From the human T2T-CHM13v2.0 reference genome, Homo sapiens: a stretch of DNA of 64,000 bases. Positions 1 to 21,220 of the stretch are shown here, in pieces. Where the stretch lies: assembly GCF_009914755.1 (NCBI RefSeq), contig NC_060927.1; one strand, 5' to 3'. The notes under the pieces are model-generated. The model did no database searches. It was not told where the DNA came from and saw only the letters and a list, made by a program, of their open reading frames with translations. Numbering within the stretch: position 1 is the first letter of the stretch; each line of letters begins with the position of its first letter. The position numbers were made by a program, and so were the translations under genes.

Positions 1-2620
1 TTGACATCACAGAGATACAAAAAATCATTTGAGACTACTGTGAGCACCTTTTATACAAAAACTGGAAAACCTAGAGGAAACAGATAGATTCTTGGAAACA
101 TACAACCCTCCTAGATTAAATCAGGAAGAAATAAAAACCCCGAATAGACTAATAATAAGCAGTAAGATTGAATCAGTAATTTAAAAACTTCCATCAACAG
201 CAACAAAATCTCAGGATCAGATGAATTCACAACTGAATTCTACCAGATATAGAAAGGAAAATTGGTACCATTCCTACCAAAGCTATTCTAAAACATTGAG
301 AAAGATGGACTCCTTTCTAAATAATTTGATGAAGCCAGTATCACCCTGACACCAAAACCAAGAAAAGAAGAAAAGGCACAACCAAAAAAGAAAACTACAG
401 ACCTATTTTTCTGATGAACATAGATGCAAAAATCTTCACCAAAATACTAACCAAATCCAACAGCACATGAAAAAGATAATTCATCATGATCAAGTTGATT
501 TCATTCCAAGGAGGCAGGGATGGTTGAACATATGCAAGTCAGTAAATGTGATACATCACATAAACAGAATTAAAAACAAAAGACATATTATTATCTCAAT
601 ATATCCAGAAAAAGCATATGAAAAAATAGGCATTTCTTTATGATTAAAAACTCTCAACAAACTAGGCATATAGGAGAACTACCTCAAGATATTAAAAGCT
701 ATATATGACAAACCCACAACCAACATCATACTGAACGGATAAAAGTTGAAAGCATTCCCCCGGGGAACAGGAACAAGATAAGGATGATCACTTTTACCAC
801 ACCTATTCAACATAGTTCTGGGAGTCCTAGCCAGACCAATTAGGCAGGAAAATGAATAAATTAATGAATAAATAAATAGCATCCAAATTGGAAAAGAGGA
901 AGTCAAACTATCACTGTTTGAGGATGACATGATTGTATACCTAGAAAATCCTAGACTCCTCCAAAAGATTCCTAGATTTGATAAAATCTATGCTCATGGA
1001 TTGGATAAATCAATATTGTGAAAATGACCACACTGCCAAAAGCAATCTACAGATTCAATGTGATTCCCATAAAAAATGTAACATTCTTTTTCAGATAATT
1101 AGAAAATATCCTAAAATTTACATGGACTCAAAAAAGAGCCCAAATAGCCAGAGCAACGTTAAGCAAAAGAACAAATCTGGAGGCATCACATTACCAGAAT
1201 TCAAATTATACTACAAGGCTATAGTTAACAAAATAACATGGTATGGTTATAAAAGTATGCACATAGATCAGTGGAACAGGATAGAGAACCCCAAAATAAA
1301 GCCAAATACATATGGCCAACTGATCTTCAACAGAGCACACAGAAACATAAATTGGGAAGGGACACCCTATTTAATAAATGGTGCTGTGAAAACTGGCAAG
1401 GCACATGTGGAAGAATGAAACTGGATCCCTATTGCTCACCTTATCAAAAGTCAACTCACGATGGATCAAATACTTAAATATAAGACCTGAAACTATAACA
1501 ATTCAAAAGACAACATTCGAATAACTCTTCTAGACCTCAGCCTAGGCAAAGAATTCATAACTAAGACCCCGAAAGAAAATGAAAGAAAAACAAAAATAAA
1601 TAAATGGGACCTAATTAAACAAAAAAGTTTTGGCACAGAAAAAAAAATAATAATCAGAGTAAACAAATACCCCAGAGAATGAGAGAATATACTTGCAAAC
1701 CATGCCTCTGATATAGGACCAGGATCCAGGATCTACAAGGAACGCAAACAAATCAGCAAGAAAAAAACAAATAATTCCATCAAAAAGTGAGCGAAGGACA
1801 TGAATACATGTCTGTCCAAAGAAGATGCACAAATGGGCAACAAACATATGAAAAAATGCTTATCATTAATTATCAGGGAAACACAAATTAAAACCACAAT
1901 GGGATACCACTTTACTCCTGCAAGAATGGCCATTCTTAAAGAGTCAAAAAATAATAGATATTGACATGAATGTGGGGAAAAGTGGACACTTATACACTGC
2001 TGGCGGGAATGTAAATTAGTACAACCTCTATGGAGAACAGTATAGAGATTCTCCAAAGAGCTAAAAGTAGATCTATTATTTGATCCAGCAGTCACACTAC
2101 TGGGTATCTTCACAAAGAAAAATCATTATATGAAAAAGACACTGGCACACATGTATTTATGCCAGCACAATTCACAATAGCCAAGATATGGAACCAACCT
2201 AAGTGCCCATTGACTAATGAGTGGATAAAGCAAATGTAGTATACATGCACAATGGAATACTAAGCCATGAAAAGGAATGAAATAATGCCTTTTACAGCAA
2301 CTTGGATGCAGCTGGAGGTCATTATTCTAAGTGAAATAACACAGGAATGGAAAACTAAAAACTGTATACTCACACTTAAAAGAAGAGCTAAGTTGTGAGT
2401 ACCCAAACACATGCAGAGTGATATAATGGGCTTTAGAGATTCACAGGGGAATGGTGGAAGGAGGTCTAGGGATAAAATCTACACATTATGTACAATGTAC
2501 ACTACTCAGGTTATGGATATAATAAAATCTCAGAATTTGCCACTATATAATTCATCCACGTAACAACAACAACAACAAAAACACTTTTACCCCAAAATCT
2601 ATTGAAATTTAAATAAATAC
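1..2620 (+). mobile_element. LINE-1, L1PB-like (L1PB3/4), ORF2 3' part plus 3'UTR; 5' end lies outside the window
   Basis: Degenerate ORF2p (ORF 978-1418 ...KNKSGGITLPEFKLYYKAIV...WYGYKSMHIDQWNRIENP). The 3'UTR is L1PB-type (GGGATAAAATCTACACATTATGTACAATGTACACTACTCAGG...CTATTGAAATTTAAATAAA). Many stops and frameshifts. Confidence 0.9.
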
Positions 2621-2665
2621 AGGAACACAAAATCTTTTCTTATACTCCATATATGGACATAAATT

Positions 2666-3299
2666 TGAGATGAAACAAGGATCACTTTTGGGGACCTGCT
2701 GGATCCCCACAAGCATGGAAACAAAGAAAAACTCTTGAGTCCCTTCAAGTGAAATTCCAGGCACTTAACTCTCCCTGAAAAGTAAGTGAGCAACCTGATA
2801 GGCAAGAATATATTAATAGTAGTCTTCCAAGCAAATCAGTCACAAGGTGTTTTTGGTTCCCTGCTTAAACTAAAAAATAGCACCTTAACATATATTCTTA
2901 AATTGTCTTTCAGAAACCCCTACCAGATGGAAAATATTGATTACTATCACATAGACCTTATATAAGGGGGAACTGAGTACTGAACTCTGACCACCATTCT
3001 TTTTTCTAAATTACTTCCTGAAGAGCCTGAAGAGAGTCACACTCATGGATCAAGCCCATGCACAATCTCCATGTATTGGTTTACAATGTTGCCTGCAACT
3101 CCTCCTTTCCTGACGTATACTCCAGTCTATAAAAACCTTTGCTTGTAAGCGATCAGGATGTTTGGGTCTTAAGTGTTAGTTACCCATTCTCCTTGCTTGG
3201 CACCATGCAAGAAATGTCTTTTTCTCCTACTGCAAATCTCAGCATTAGTGTCTGGCTTTACTGTGCCAGACAAACAGACCTCAGTTTGCTATGGCAACA
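2666..3299 (+). mobile_element. Solo LTR, ERV1 class (family not assigned)
   Basis: TG...CA termini flanked by a 4-bp TSD AATT (2662-2665 and 3300-3303). TATAAAAA near 3128 and an ERV1-type U5 end (...TTTGCTATGGCAACA). Confidence 0.7.
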
Positions 3300-5292
3300 A
3301 ATTAAAGAATCTTCCAGAAAATATGGTGCCTATTATCATTCATTTGATTTTTGAATTCCTTCAATAACTTATCCTTAAAAACATTTAGATTTTAATCTGT
3401 CCTATAGAGTTTATGTATTCAAAAATAACAAGAATTTGAAAAATAATGCCCCAATATATAGATAATACAATTGATTTTTCCAAAATACAATTAATGATTT
3501 TTTTATTAATCTAAATTATTATGTATGCCTTATTTCATTTATGATTAAATTATGATGGTTAGAGAGGCAATTTCAACATAAATTAATCTGACTATAAGAA
3601 AAAAGTTGTCTTGGACATTTTTCCACAATTTTCTTAAATTTCAAAGTCAGAATTTTACTTAACAGTTTGTGTTTCATGTACAGCTTCCCTTGAATTATGT
3701 GCTAGCTGATGATTTAACCTATTCTGCATATATGAAATTTAGTTTTTAAATATAAAAGCACTTATATAGACGAATGCTGTCTTTGTTGTATATAGTCTCT
3801 CTCTCTAAAAGAAAGGGATTAGATGCTTAAGAAAAAAACTAACCTGATTGAAAAAAGATATTCATAATTCTTTTATACTAACCATGCTTCTTACAAATAT
3901 AACTATATATTTCCATTAATATGTATACATTTTCATTTGACAGAATGAAACAAATGAAGAATTGATACATAAAATACTAAATGTCATTAATATTAGAAGA
4001 AAATGGTATATTACTGAAAATGCCTTATAGGTTTGCACATATAAAGATTCCCATGGATGTAGAGAAATTTCTTGGGTAGGCTAGTGATTTTCAGAGTCTG
4101 CTTGGGTAAAAACATGCGGTCTGCAAAGCAGAGTTCCCATAGGTCTTAGCTTCTCAGTCCTTGAAATGCTGTGCCTAGAAAGTATCCTGTTGTTGCTCAA
4201 TTGGTAACCTGTAAGTTGTTATACAAAAACCTATCCTGTAATAGAAATGACTTCACCTTCATTCTCAAGAAAATTGTCCCTGGGATACATAAACCCCTCC
4301 GTAGCATGTGTTGCTGTCTTTTGTCAGATATTCTTCCTTTTTTATATTTTTTCCTTATTTTTCCTTTTAAGAATTGACAATTAAATAGTCCCTGGGAATA
4401 AATATAGTTTGTAGTCGAAAATAATTTGGAGCTAGCAATAAAAACCTTTCACGTTCAACACCTTTTTCTAAAAATAAGGTTTAATTTTTTTTCACATTTA
4501 CTATAATTATGCACATTTTACAATGGTATAAAATGTTCTAACTCAGAAAATAGCAAAAAATAGAATAATTTTAAATTTTTGATAACCTGTCTTTGCTGGT
4601 TTATCTAAAATAATATTGCTGTATCTTGTACATCCTGAAAGATTATGCCTTGGACAAAATCTGAAAATAAAATGTCTATCCAAAGATTTTATATTTGGTG
4701 AATATATTTAACAAGGCATTATTTCTAAAACATTATGTTGAGAATGTCATAATTATACTAGGATGGGCAAAATCCCTCATCTTAATGGCAAGAATTTATA
4801 GGAGGTATCAATGTGGAGGAAAGTGTAGAGTACAAAGTGTTCTTTCCTAATATTCCTCTTTGTACTGTTATATATATATATATATAATAGCACCAAAGGC
4901 CCTTAAATAAATAGATATTAGATCTACAAGTTCATTATCATAAGATTGTTATTTCACAGTGAAAAAAACTGTAATGTATATCACAGTGTTTATCAGTTTC
5001 TAATAAAGCTGGATTTTTTTTCCAAAAAGTAACACACTACAGAAAACTCAATGTCACCATTACCAAACAAAGTAAATTAGGGTGGACATATTCCATTATG
5101 AAACCAGAAGAAAATAAATACACACTTACTGTTATTTTTTAAGTTTTCAAATAGATTATTTTCTGTTTTCCATGTTCTGTCTAATTTTGTAAGTACTCTA
5201 TCTTTAAGACTCCTGATTTCTTCAATAACCATAGACTAAATCACTTAATTTGTAACTAAAATTTTATATACAGCACATAGTCTGAGGCTAGT

Positions 5293-6281
5293 TGTCTTAG
5301 TCATTTTGGATTGCTATAACAAAAATACCAAAGCATTTTGCTTTTGAAAATAACAGATACTTTTCTCAGTTTTGGAGGCTGAGAAGTCCAAGACCAAGGC
5401 ACTAACAGAAGAAATTTCTGGTGCAGACCCACTTCCTGATTCATAGCATAGGGACAGAAAAGGTGTAAAACCTTTCTTAAAAGGATCACCGCCTACACTC
5501 CTATATAAAAGACAGGTTAACAAGAGAAAAGCATAACAAATTCACTTAATCAAAGTTTTATGGGGCATAGGAGCCTTCAGAAATAAAGACTCAAAGACTC
5601 AGGAAAAACTGTCTGTTTTTGCTTAGGTTCAATAAATATTGGACAGCCATATAGAAATGTGATTGGACAAAAGAGAATGATCTAATGGAATAGACCAAGT
5701 GGGGAATCCAGCAATGCCTGTTTGTTCAGATTCTTCTTTGTCTCTCTGTGTGGCATTTATTCCTCCCAGTTAGAAAGTAGGACTCCTTTTGGAATGAGAG
5801 TTTTATGACCTACCATCAGACAAGGTAGGCCAGATTATTTCTTTATGGCCAGCTTCTACACAGAAAGGTGGGAGAAAGTTAGAATGATATTTGTAGCTTC
5901 TATGACCTGCACTGCAGAAAAAGAATTCTAGTTTCTGTGGCATACCTTTGAGGAGAAAGGGAAGCGGAAGAAAGCAGAGCAGGAGGTCAGAAAGACAATG
6001 CTTCTGAGGCCCTTAGAATGTTCAAACCCTCAGAATATTCAGCATGCCAAAGCACCATATTTTGGAATACTGACTTATGAGTCCCAATAATACACTGCAT
6101 GGGCAGAAAGGACTAGGAAGCTCCCTGGGAGGCCTTTTATAAGAGCACTACTCTCATTAATGAACACCCTGCCTTCATGACATTATCACCTCCCAAAGGC
6201 CCAATCTCCAATACCATTACATTAGGGATTAGGTTTCATCATAAGAATTTTGGAGAGCACACAAACATTAAATATATAGCA
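5293..6281 (-). mobile_element. MaLR LTR (MLT1A-like), split by a nested MER31-like LTR
   Basis: TGTCTTAGTC...TTGCTATAACAAAAATACC...GGAGGCTGAGAAGTCCAAGACCAAGGC at the left. It resumes near 6090 with ...CACCTCCCAAAGGCCC...TTAGGTTTCATCATAAGAATTTTGG. Confidence 0.75.
5447..6089 (-). mobile_element. MER31-like ERV1 solo LTR nested in the MaLR LTR
   Basis: AAAAGACAGGTTAACAAGAGAAAAGCATAACAAA...GGAGCCTTCAGAAATAAAGAC, ending CAGCATGCCAAAGCACCATATTTTGG...GAGTCCCAATA (reverse of the MER31 start). Imperfect TSD ATAG/ATAC. Confidence 0.7.
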
Positions 6282-7023
6282 CCACTGATTGCAAAAGTGT
6301 GTTTGTAATCAATATTAATTTTAGGAATGATATGTCAATGGAGTTTCTACCAAGCATCATAAATTACCAAAGTTATAATTTTTTGCGTGTATGAAAGCAG
6401 TTTTTAATTTGAATTTGATCTTCAGTTTTATAACTAGAAACATGCAGTATTCTTGTGAATGTGTCATATTTCGGAAATAATCCTGGTACTCCAAGGTTGC
6501 TACAGAAAGAAGATAAAATAATATTTAAAAAATTAATTCACTGAATTTCACCCTGGTGAGAAAACTTTTGTTATTTATTGTCAGTCATTGTTGATTTCAT
6601 TTGCCGATATAATTTTTGAATAACTGATGGTTTTAGAGTATGTCTCTGATATGCACTATCTGGTGTCATCTATTGGCTGGACTTTTTTGGATCTCCTTCT
6701 TGCCTCTTATTTTAGTACTGAGACACCGCTAGACTTCCTCTAAGCATGCAATATCAGACCCATACACTTACTTGAATATAGATAGAGTTTATTATTCCCA
6801 GGTTCCAAGACCTCTCTTTACTATCATTGAAATGGTTGTGATCCTCATGTGCAAATTAGCTACTTTCAAATTTAATGAAGTTTCATTTGTAAATATTTAC
6901 ATTATAGTTTTATAATAACATTATTTTATTATTAATATATAATTTCTCAGTGTTTTTTCTTGAAACTCTAGATATATGATGCCCATTTCTACATTCTGGG
7001 AAACATTTAATAGTAAAGCCTAG

Positions 7024-7346
<323 letters not shown>

Positions 7347-8355
7347 CTATTTAATTTAGAGACATGCTTTTGAGACAAGAAATTGAGAAGAAAAGCAAGT
7401 CTCAAATGAGCAATAAATAGTTTCACAGTGGTGGATTTCTGTAGATTCAATAGATTGAAGTTGTTTGAAACTAATACATTTTAGCATATTATTATTTGGA
7501 AGAAATATGTGAGAGGAGTAGAATAAGATAACATAATTGAAAACACATCCACAAATGCATAAAAAATAAGAAAAGCATACCCATAATTGTTATATCATTA
7601 TTTGTATAATTTGTCACATGACTGTAGCTGGTATGTATAACTTCCTTCTTCCACTATCAATTTCTTTTTCCCTTTGTGTCTAGAAAGTATTAGTCTAGGT
7701 TCTTTTGGTGGGGTGACCCAAAGATACATTTCTAAAACATCTGGACCATTGGCAATCTGTCTTGTGTTGGGGAGTTCCAGTTATATATTGACTTTCATCA
7801 CATGGCCTGAGGTCTTTAGGCAGTACTGCAAGGCATTTCCTCAACACGTTACATTCTTCTTATCCCTATCATACAGGAGCAATCAGAACCAATCAGCCCA
7901 ACTGTTCAGACACTTTCTAATCTGCTTGATGATTTGTTGGCTTGGGGAACCCAAAGTAGTCAGAGGACAGACTCAGTGGAAAGATATTGGTATCCCATAT
8001 TGGAAGTATTTTTTCCTTGAGAAATAAAGCCTCTAGGCTAGGAAAGCCTAAAATTATGGTTATGGAAAAGAGAAATGTATTTCTTTCTTAGAGCTCTGGA
8101 AGTAGCAGTGAGCAGAAATACTCTCTATTTTTAGATTAGCATTTCCATTTTCAGATTCCCGGACCCATTAACTCTGGCTGTGAAACAACAAACAAACAAC
8201 AACAAAAATCCCAGCACCATCTATTTGTCATTTATTTAACGATCACAACCTAGAATATAGTAGTTCAGAAAGGTGTTGCCAGTCCGCTGGTGCTAAAATT
8301 TAAATTTCTAAAGGCCACTCTACCATATATCAGGCCATATACTTCATTTTGATTG

Positions 8356-8857
8356 TGTGATGGTTGATTTTACGTGTTAAACTTGCTGGGCCACAGAGTT
8401 CCAAGCTATTTGTTTAAACGTTATTCTGGGTGTGTCTGTAAGAGTGTTTCTGGATGAGATGACATTTGATTTAGCAGACTGAAAAAAGCAGATTGTCCTC
8501 CCCATTGTGGATGTGCCTCATCTAATCTGTGGAGGAGCTGAGTAGAATTAAAAGGCTGAGTAAAAACAAATGTATTCCCTCTGCCTGACTGTCTTTGGGC
8601 TGGAACATCAGGCTTCTTCTGCCTTTGGACTCAGACTTGAACTGAAACTTACCCCAATTTGCTCTCTTGGTTCTGAGGCCTTCAGGCTTGAATTGGAAGG
8701 ACACCATTGGCTCCTCTGAATCTGAAGCTTACTGACTGCAGATCTTCGGACTTTTCAGCCTCCATAATATTAATATCTTGTAAACCAATTCCTTAATTTA
8801 AATCTCTCTCTCTCTCCCTCCATTTCTCTTTCTCTCTGTTTCTTTCTCTCTCTCTCT

Positions 8858-8892
<35 letters not shown>

Positions 8893-8928
8893 ACTATTTG
8901 TTGTTTTTCTCTGGAGAAGCCTAATACA
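8356..8928 (+). mobile_element. MLT2 (ERVL) solo LTR with an internal (CT)n(CA)n tract
   Basis: TGTGATGGTTGATTTTACGTGTTAAACTTG...CTGGGTGTGTCTGT...CTCTGGAGAAGCCTAATACA. 5-bp TSD GATTG/GATTA. Confidence 0.85.
8803..8890. repeat. Compound (CT)n/(CA)n microsatellite
   Basis: Read directly; lies inside the MLT2 LTR. Confidence 0.9.
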
Positions 8929-10131
8929 GATTAGAAACACAGTAAAGCCTGTGAATTCCAAAAGAATAATTACTTCAACATGATTCATTTGCTCCAACAA
9001 GAATTACTTCTTCAGAAGCAAGCATGATGGTGAATAAGCCATTCTGTACATCTACAAATATTTGTTTCTGTAGAAATACTGTCATTAGAAAAGGAAAACC
9101 GACATACAGATGAAATTATCTATTCCAGTGTGATTTACTTTGATCTACACAAAATACTACAACTTTCATGGTGGAAATAATCTGATGTTCCCATAATGTT
9201 TCCATCAGTCAGCTACCCCATGTCCAACTGATCTCTCTGATGCCATAGCTGGAACTCAGTGTTAATTTCTGCCAACTCAGCAGGGGTTGTAACCATAAAA
9301 GCCTTGAAAAATTGGTTTGGTCAGCACATGGAAAATCTCCATTCTTGCCACCATTGACACTTCATTTACATACAACTTGAAAAAAAAAACTGGTAGCTGG
9401 GGTAAAAAAGCATGCTGGTAAAGTATAGACATATTTCCCTATGTTTTTCACTTGCTTATTAAAACACAAACAAAAAGATCTGGGGTCCTGTGTAACATCT
9501 GTAGTTATTCTTTGTCTAGCTTTATAAAGTTTCTCAACATGCCGTCATAGCTCAATATTCTGCCAGAGTCAAGATTTCTGAAGCTGTTTACCTGCAGTGC
9601 TTCCTCTTCTCTACTCTTTTCACAAATTCCAGTGTCACAGCTTCCTTGAACTTTGGTCACCACCCTAATAGTGTAGTAGTGTGTTTTTAAAAATGCTCAT
9701 TGGCACAAAAGTTGGGGAAAGATAGTGCTCACTTTGTTTCCTTTATGCAAAGAATTAAAGCCTACTGTAGGTAAAGCGCACACACGTATATATTAAACTA
9801 ATATATATGTAAAATATATCATATATTTTCAAGGTCTATATATGCTGTATTTCTCTCATTCTGTGTATACATACACACGTCTCATACATGTGCCATATAT
9901 TGTACCTAGAAGAAGTCTCAAGCATCATAATTTCACACATTTTTTAATTGCCAAAAGCATGTGCATCAAGCATTTTTACAGTGGTAAAGATGGTTAATTT
10001 TATGCTGTATTAAGTAAACAACTGCATTTATTTCCCTTTATAAAGAGGTACAGATTATGTCAAAAGCTGTAAGTTATTTTTTATTTTTTTGAAACCCAAC
10101 ACAATCCATTAAAACCCTACATATTTGAAAA

Positions 10132-12678
<2,547 letters not shown>

Positions 12679-12789
12679 GAAAACTTTTCTTCAGAGTATA
12701 CTACAGGAAGACAATATTACCATGTTTAACACTAATTGCATGTTACAAAATAAACAATCCGTTATAGTAAAGCTGAAGCAGAGATTGAC

Positions 12790-13400
12790 TTTGATTTTTA
12801 GTGAGCATTCACATGGGATACAAATATACCTCATTGTCACCAGTTTCCCAATTATCTTCCTTCCATCTCTCTATCTGGAAGAAACCTATGCACTATGAAA
12901 CAATGCAGATTTGCTCCTTTTGCCATCTCTGTTTCCTGGAAAAATTAATTACCAGGTGAACATTTTAAAGTTCTTTCCATTGAGATGCTTTTCTTTAACC
13001 GCTGTCTTTTAATGTGATGCAGGAAAAGAGCTGCAATAGGACCATGCATGTACAATACTTAAATAATTTTCTTCTTCAGTCACTGGTTACAGGGAAATTA
13101 ATATGAAGCCGTAAGTCTGGACTGAGAGAAAAAAAAGGCAACTTAGCCACATTAGGGGCCATGACACATGGATTCATTTGCTTGTACAACTTACTTGTGC
13201 ATTCACATCCTGCTTGAGGCCAATTTTTGTATACATTGCTTACATTTGATGATGGAACACTGCTATGCTTAGTGGGTCAGGCAACGCTTAGTCTACTTTT
13301 GGTGGTTCTGATTACACAATAGCTTGCCAGGCTATGGTCAAGAATTCAGTCTCTATTAGAACTTAGTAATAAGCCAAAAGATTTCCTCCAGGTTCCATAG
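12790..13400 (-). mobile_element. Decayed ERVL internal region (RT-connection/RNase H part of pol)
   Basis: The reverse strand contains TTCCATCATCAAATG...GCACAAGTAAGTTG...GACTGAAGAAGAAAA...AAAACTGGTGACAA-like...ATATTTGTATCCCATGTGAATGCTCAC, collinear with HERV-L-type pol upstream of the 7610-9420 piece. Confidence 0.7.
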
Positions 13401-14032
13401 TCTTCCTTCAGAATTTTCAAAAGACTACATTATAATTCACCTATAGGGACTTACAGAGGAAAAGTTAATGCAGTGTGACTTCATGATCTGGCATTATCTG
13501 AAATATATATGATTGTAATGATAAATTACAATGTAGTTAGTATCCTATTGTACAAGCAATAGAGTACATTGAAAGCAAAATGTAGAAAAAAATACTGTTT
13601 TTATCATCCTACTAAAGAAATAAATATACCTTGTGTTTTTAACTGCAACCTAAGTATATTTAATATAATCATATTACAAAAACAGATAAATTTGTAAAAA
13701 AAAGAAAAAAACAGAAGTTTCTCTGAAATAAATGAAAAAGTTGAGGTTATCTGGACAACCTCTCTGACACTTTCTGTTAAAAGGTTGTTAGGCAAACTTT
13801 AGCAGTAGTGCACCCAGCAATTGAAAAATGTATTTTTGATGCATAAAGTTGTCTTGGTACAAGTGGTAAGGGTAAAGTTGTTTAAAAGGCCTGTCATTCT
13901 CCAGTGTGTATATATATATAAAATATATATATATTTCTACTTTTTATAATGTGTTATATATGACAAAATATCCTATATATTTCTATTAATATAGTCACTA
14001 GACAATGTGTCATATTTCTTCTGATGCCACTT

Positions 14033-14424
14033 CTCTCAGTCAGTCAATTTTTGTTGCTATAAAGAAACATCAGAGTCTGGGTATTTATAAAGAAAAAAGG
14101 TTTATCTGGCTCATGGTTCTGTGGGCCATACAAGAAACATGTTGCCAGCATCTGCATCTAGTGAGGGCCTCAAGAATCTTCCACACCATGGTAAAAGGTG
14201 AAAAGAAGCAGGTATTATATGGTGAGGGAGAGAAGCAGCAAGAGAGAGACACTAGGCCGTTTCTAATTAATAAAGTAAGAACTCACTCATTATGCAGATG
14301 GCACAAAGCGTTTTACGAGGAATCTGCACTTATGATCTGAACACCTCTCACCAGGCCCTACCTTCAATATTGGGGATCAAATTTTAACATAAAATATGGT
14401 GGGGACAAATATCCAAACTATCAC
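14033..14424 (-). mobile_element. MaLR LTR (MSTB-like)
   Basis: GTTGCTATAAAGAAACATCAGAGTCTGGGTATTTATAAAGAAAAAAGGTTTATCTGGCTCATGGTTCTG...GGGGACAAATATCCAAACTATCA. Confidence 0.8.
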
Positions 14425-14832
14425 CACTTAAATGTTTTTGACTACCAGAGTTTATGAACCAAAAATTATAGAGAATATGGTTAATGTTTTCTTCCTCTAC
14501 AGAAGCTATTTTTTTTCTTCTGATGAATAAATAGAGTTAACTGTGGTCTTTTGGAAACAGATTGATTTTAAGTTTGCTTCTATTCCTAGGGTATAGCACT
14601 GTCTCATAGGGCGTGGTCTATTTCCTAAATCCTGTTTGCATCATATTTAAGAATGTTTGCCTATTTACAGTCATGAAGATATCATTGTATAATTTCTTCC
14701 AAAATATGTATTTTTTTCACATTGAGATCTGTGATTCATCCATTAATTTTATTTTTAATATGAGAGAAGAAATATATTTTTATATATATTACTGAATTGA
14801 CCTAACACAATCTTTTTGAAAATAATGCTCTT

Positions 14833-18840
<4,008 letters not shown>

Positions 18841-20163
18841 GAATGCTCTTACCTGTTGCACTGTAGTGTCCACTTTGCCATAAATCAGATTACCATGTAT
18901 GTCAATTTCTTCCTTGATGAAATTAAAATCATGGCTGTTTAGCTGATCCTTTTTTCTACCTTTTCTTTTGCATATACCATTGATTATTAAGGAAATAAAA
19001 ATCCACACAATTATTTCCCAAAAGCCATCCCTTTGGGTCTCAATCATCAAAACTAGGTAGAAATTCTGATGCCTGATAAGGAGATAGAGCACAACATAAT
19101 TCAAAAGATTATGTTGGAAGATGTCACAGTCCATAAGAACGCAGGAACAAAGTGTATACCTGCATTAAGATTTACCAGAAAAGACATAATGTGAGTGGAA
19201 ACTGCTACTCTGGCAGACAAAGGATAAAACATCCAGTGTCTTATCTAATTATCACAAGTTAAAAGCTTTGGAGCCATTTATACCAATATGACAGCTGAGA
19301 AAACTAAGGAACAAAGAGGATAAGTAACTTGCTCAAAGAAATATGGTTTAGAAGTTAGAGAATAGAGATTTGACCCATGAGTCACAAACTGAGAGACATG
19401 TTATCTTCTTTATCCAATTAGCTCTCTTCAAGATGAACTTTAGTTTCTTAATAAATTAGAGTTCCACTACTACTTTTTTTTTTAAGTGCAATCTTAGCAA
19501 AGTCATTTAATACTTGAGTACATCACACTACAGTGTTACATGGGGAAAAAGAAACTTGATTTTTTTTCTGATTCTTTTATGCAAATAAGTTGGGTCTCAA
19601 TGTAAGATGATTTTTTTAAAATGCCCTTTTTAAACATAGCATGCTTGGCATACATTATCATGAACATTAATATTTTTGTACCTTTAAATTCTTACATTCA
19701 AGAATTAACTATGTTATCCTGAGACGGTTGACTCTGACTTACTATAAGAGAAGTTATTATGTTGTCTTTTCTAAATCATGTAATTATTAATGTCTCCTAA
19801 ACTTCCATAGTCTTTTTGCACTTACTTTACACTATTGGCTCATAATCAAGCTATAGCCAATCCACATGTCTAAATAGCTGCAAGCATTATTTTGCAGGAT
19901 TGTATCTTTACCTCAGTTGTATTTATTTAATTGTTTTAATTCTTTTGATCTAGTATCTAAAGATATTTTAAAATGTTGATTTTACATTATGTTATGTTTT
20001 TGTCATTCAAGGCAATGACAATAAATATTATTGTTGCATTTTTACTTTGTAATGTATTCAAATATTTAATATGAGACAAATAATAGAACATTGGATTATA
20101 CTTCAGTAATTTGCAAGTTAGTATCATTTCATAAAAGAAAATGGCATCAAGAAGCTTATTGTA

Positions 20164-20486
<323 letters not shown>

Positions 20487-20914
20487 AAGAAGCTTATTGT
20501 AAGTTAGTTTTCTAATTTCCAATTTCCTTCTTTTCTTTTTGTCTCATTCAATTTTTCTGAGTATTATACCAACCCTTAAGGATCTCTCTCCTTTACAGAC
20601 TACTAGAAGTATCATCACATCTCCATTCTTTGCAATTACTGAGACCATGACACTATTTTTTTGTAAGTATATTTTCAAGTGTTTTCAGGATATTACACTA
20701 AAATTAGTATGGTTATGACATCATCATCACCTTTAAATTCCCCTTTTTCAATTTTCTAATGTGTCTTGGTCATCATATTGTTGAAGTCAAAATATAGAGT
20801 TGAATCTCTAAGTTAAAGCTTCTAACTGGGAATCACAGAATTGCGATTCAGAGGACAAACGCAGACCAATGTGGTCTTCAGTATATCAGAAAAACAATAA
20901 TGAATTAAGGTTAG

Positions 20915-21220
20915 TTTCTGGGAAAAGTAGTGGGTGTATGAGGGTGAGGTAGGAATGGTTAATGCATACAGAAAAAAATAGAAAGAATAAGACCTACTAT
21001 TTGAAGGCACAATAGGGTGACTATAGTCAATAATAACTTAATTGTACATTTTAAAATAAAGAGTGTAATTGGATTGTTTGTAACTCAAAGGATAAATGCT
21101 TGAGGGGATAGATACCCCATTCCCCATGAAGTGCTTATTTCACATTGTATCCCTGTTTGAAAGCATCTGAGGTAGCCCATAAATGTAAACACCTAATATG
21201 TAACCACAAAAAATTTTCTA
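20915..21220 (+). mobile_element. L1MA1/2-like 3' end
   Basis: AATAAGACCTACTATTTG...GGGTGACTATAGTCAATAATAACTTAATTGTAC...GGATAAATGCTTGAGGGGAT. Same family as 59600-59880. Confidence 0.85.

Larger units (their letters stand above)
7610..9420 (-). mobile_element. Decayed ERVL internal region (integrase and downstream dUTPase-region), interrupted by an MLT2 LTR
   Basis: The reverse strand resembles HERV-L-type pol: ATGGTGGCAAGAATGGAG..., AACACTGAGTTCCAGCTATGGCA, CACTGGAATAGA, GGAATTCACAGGCTTTAC, TTTGGGTCACCCCACCA, GAAGAAGGAAGTTATACATACCAGCTACAGTCATGTGAC. No intact ORF. Confidence 0.7.
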
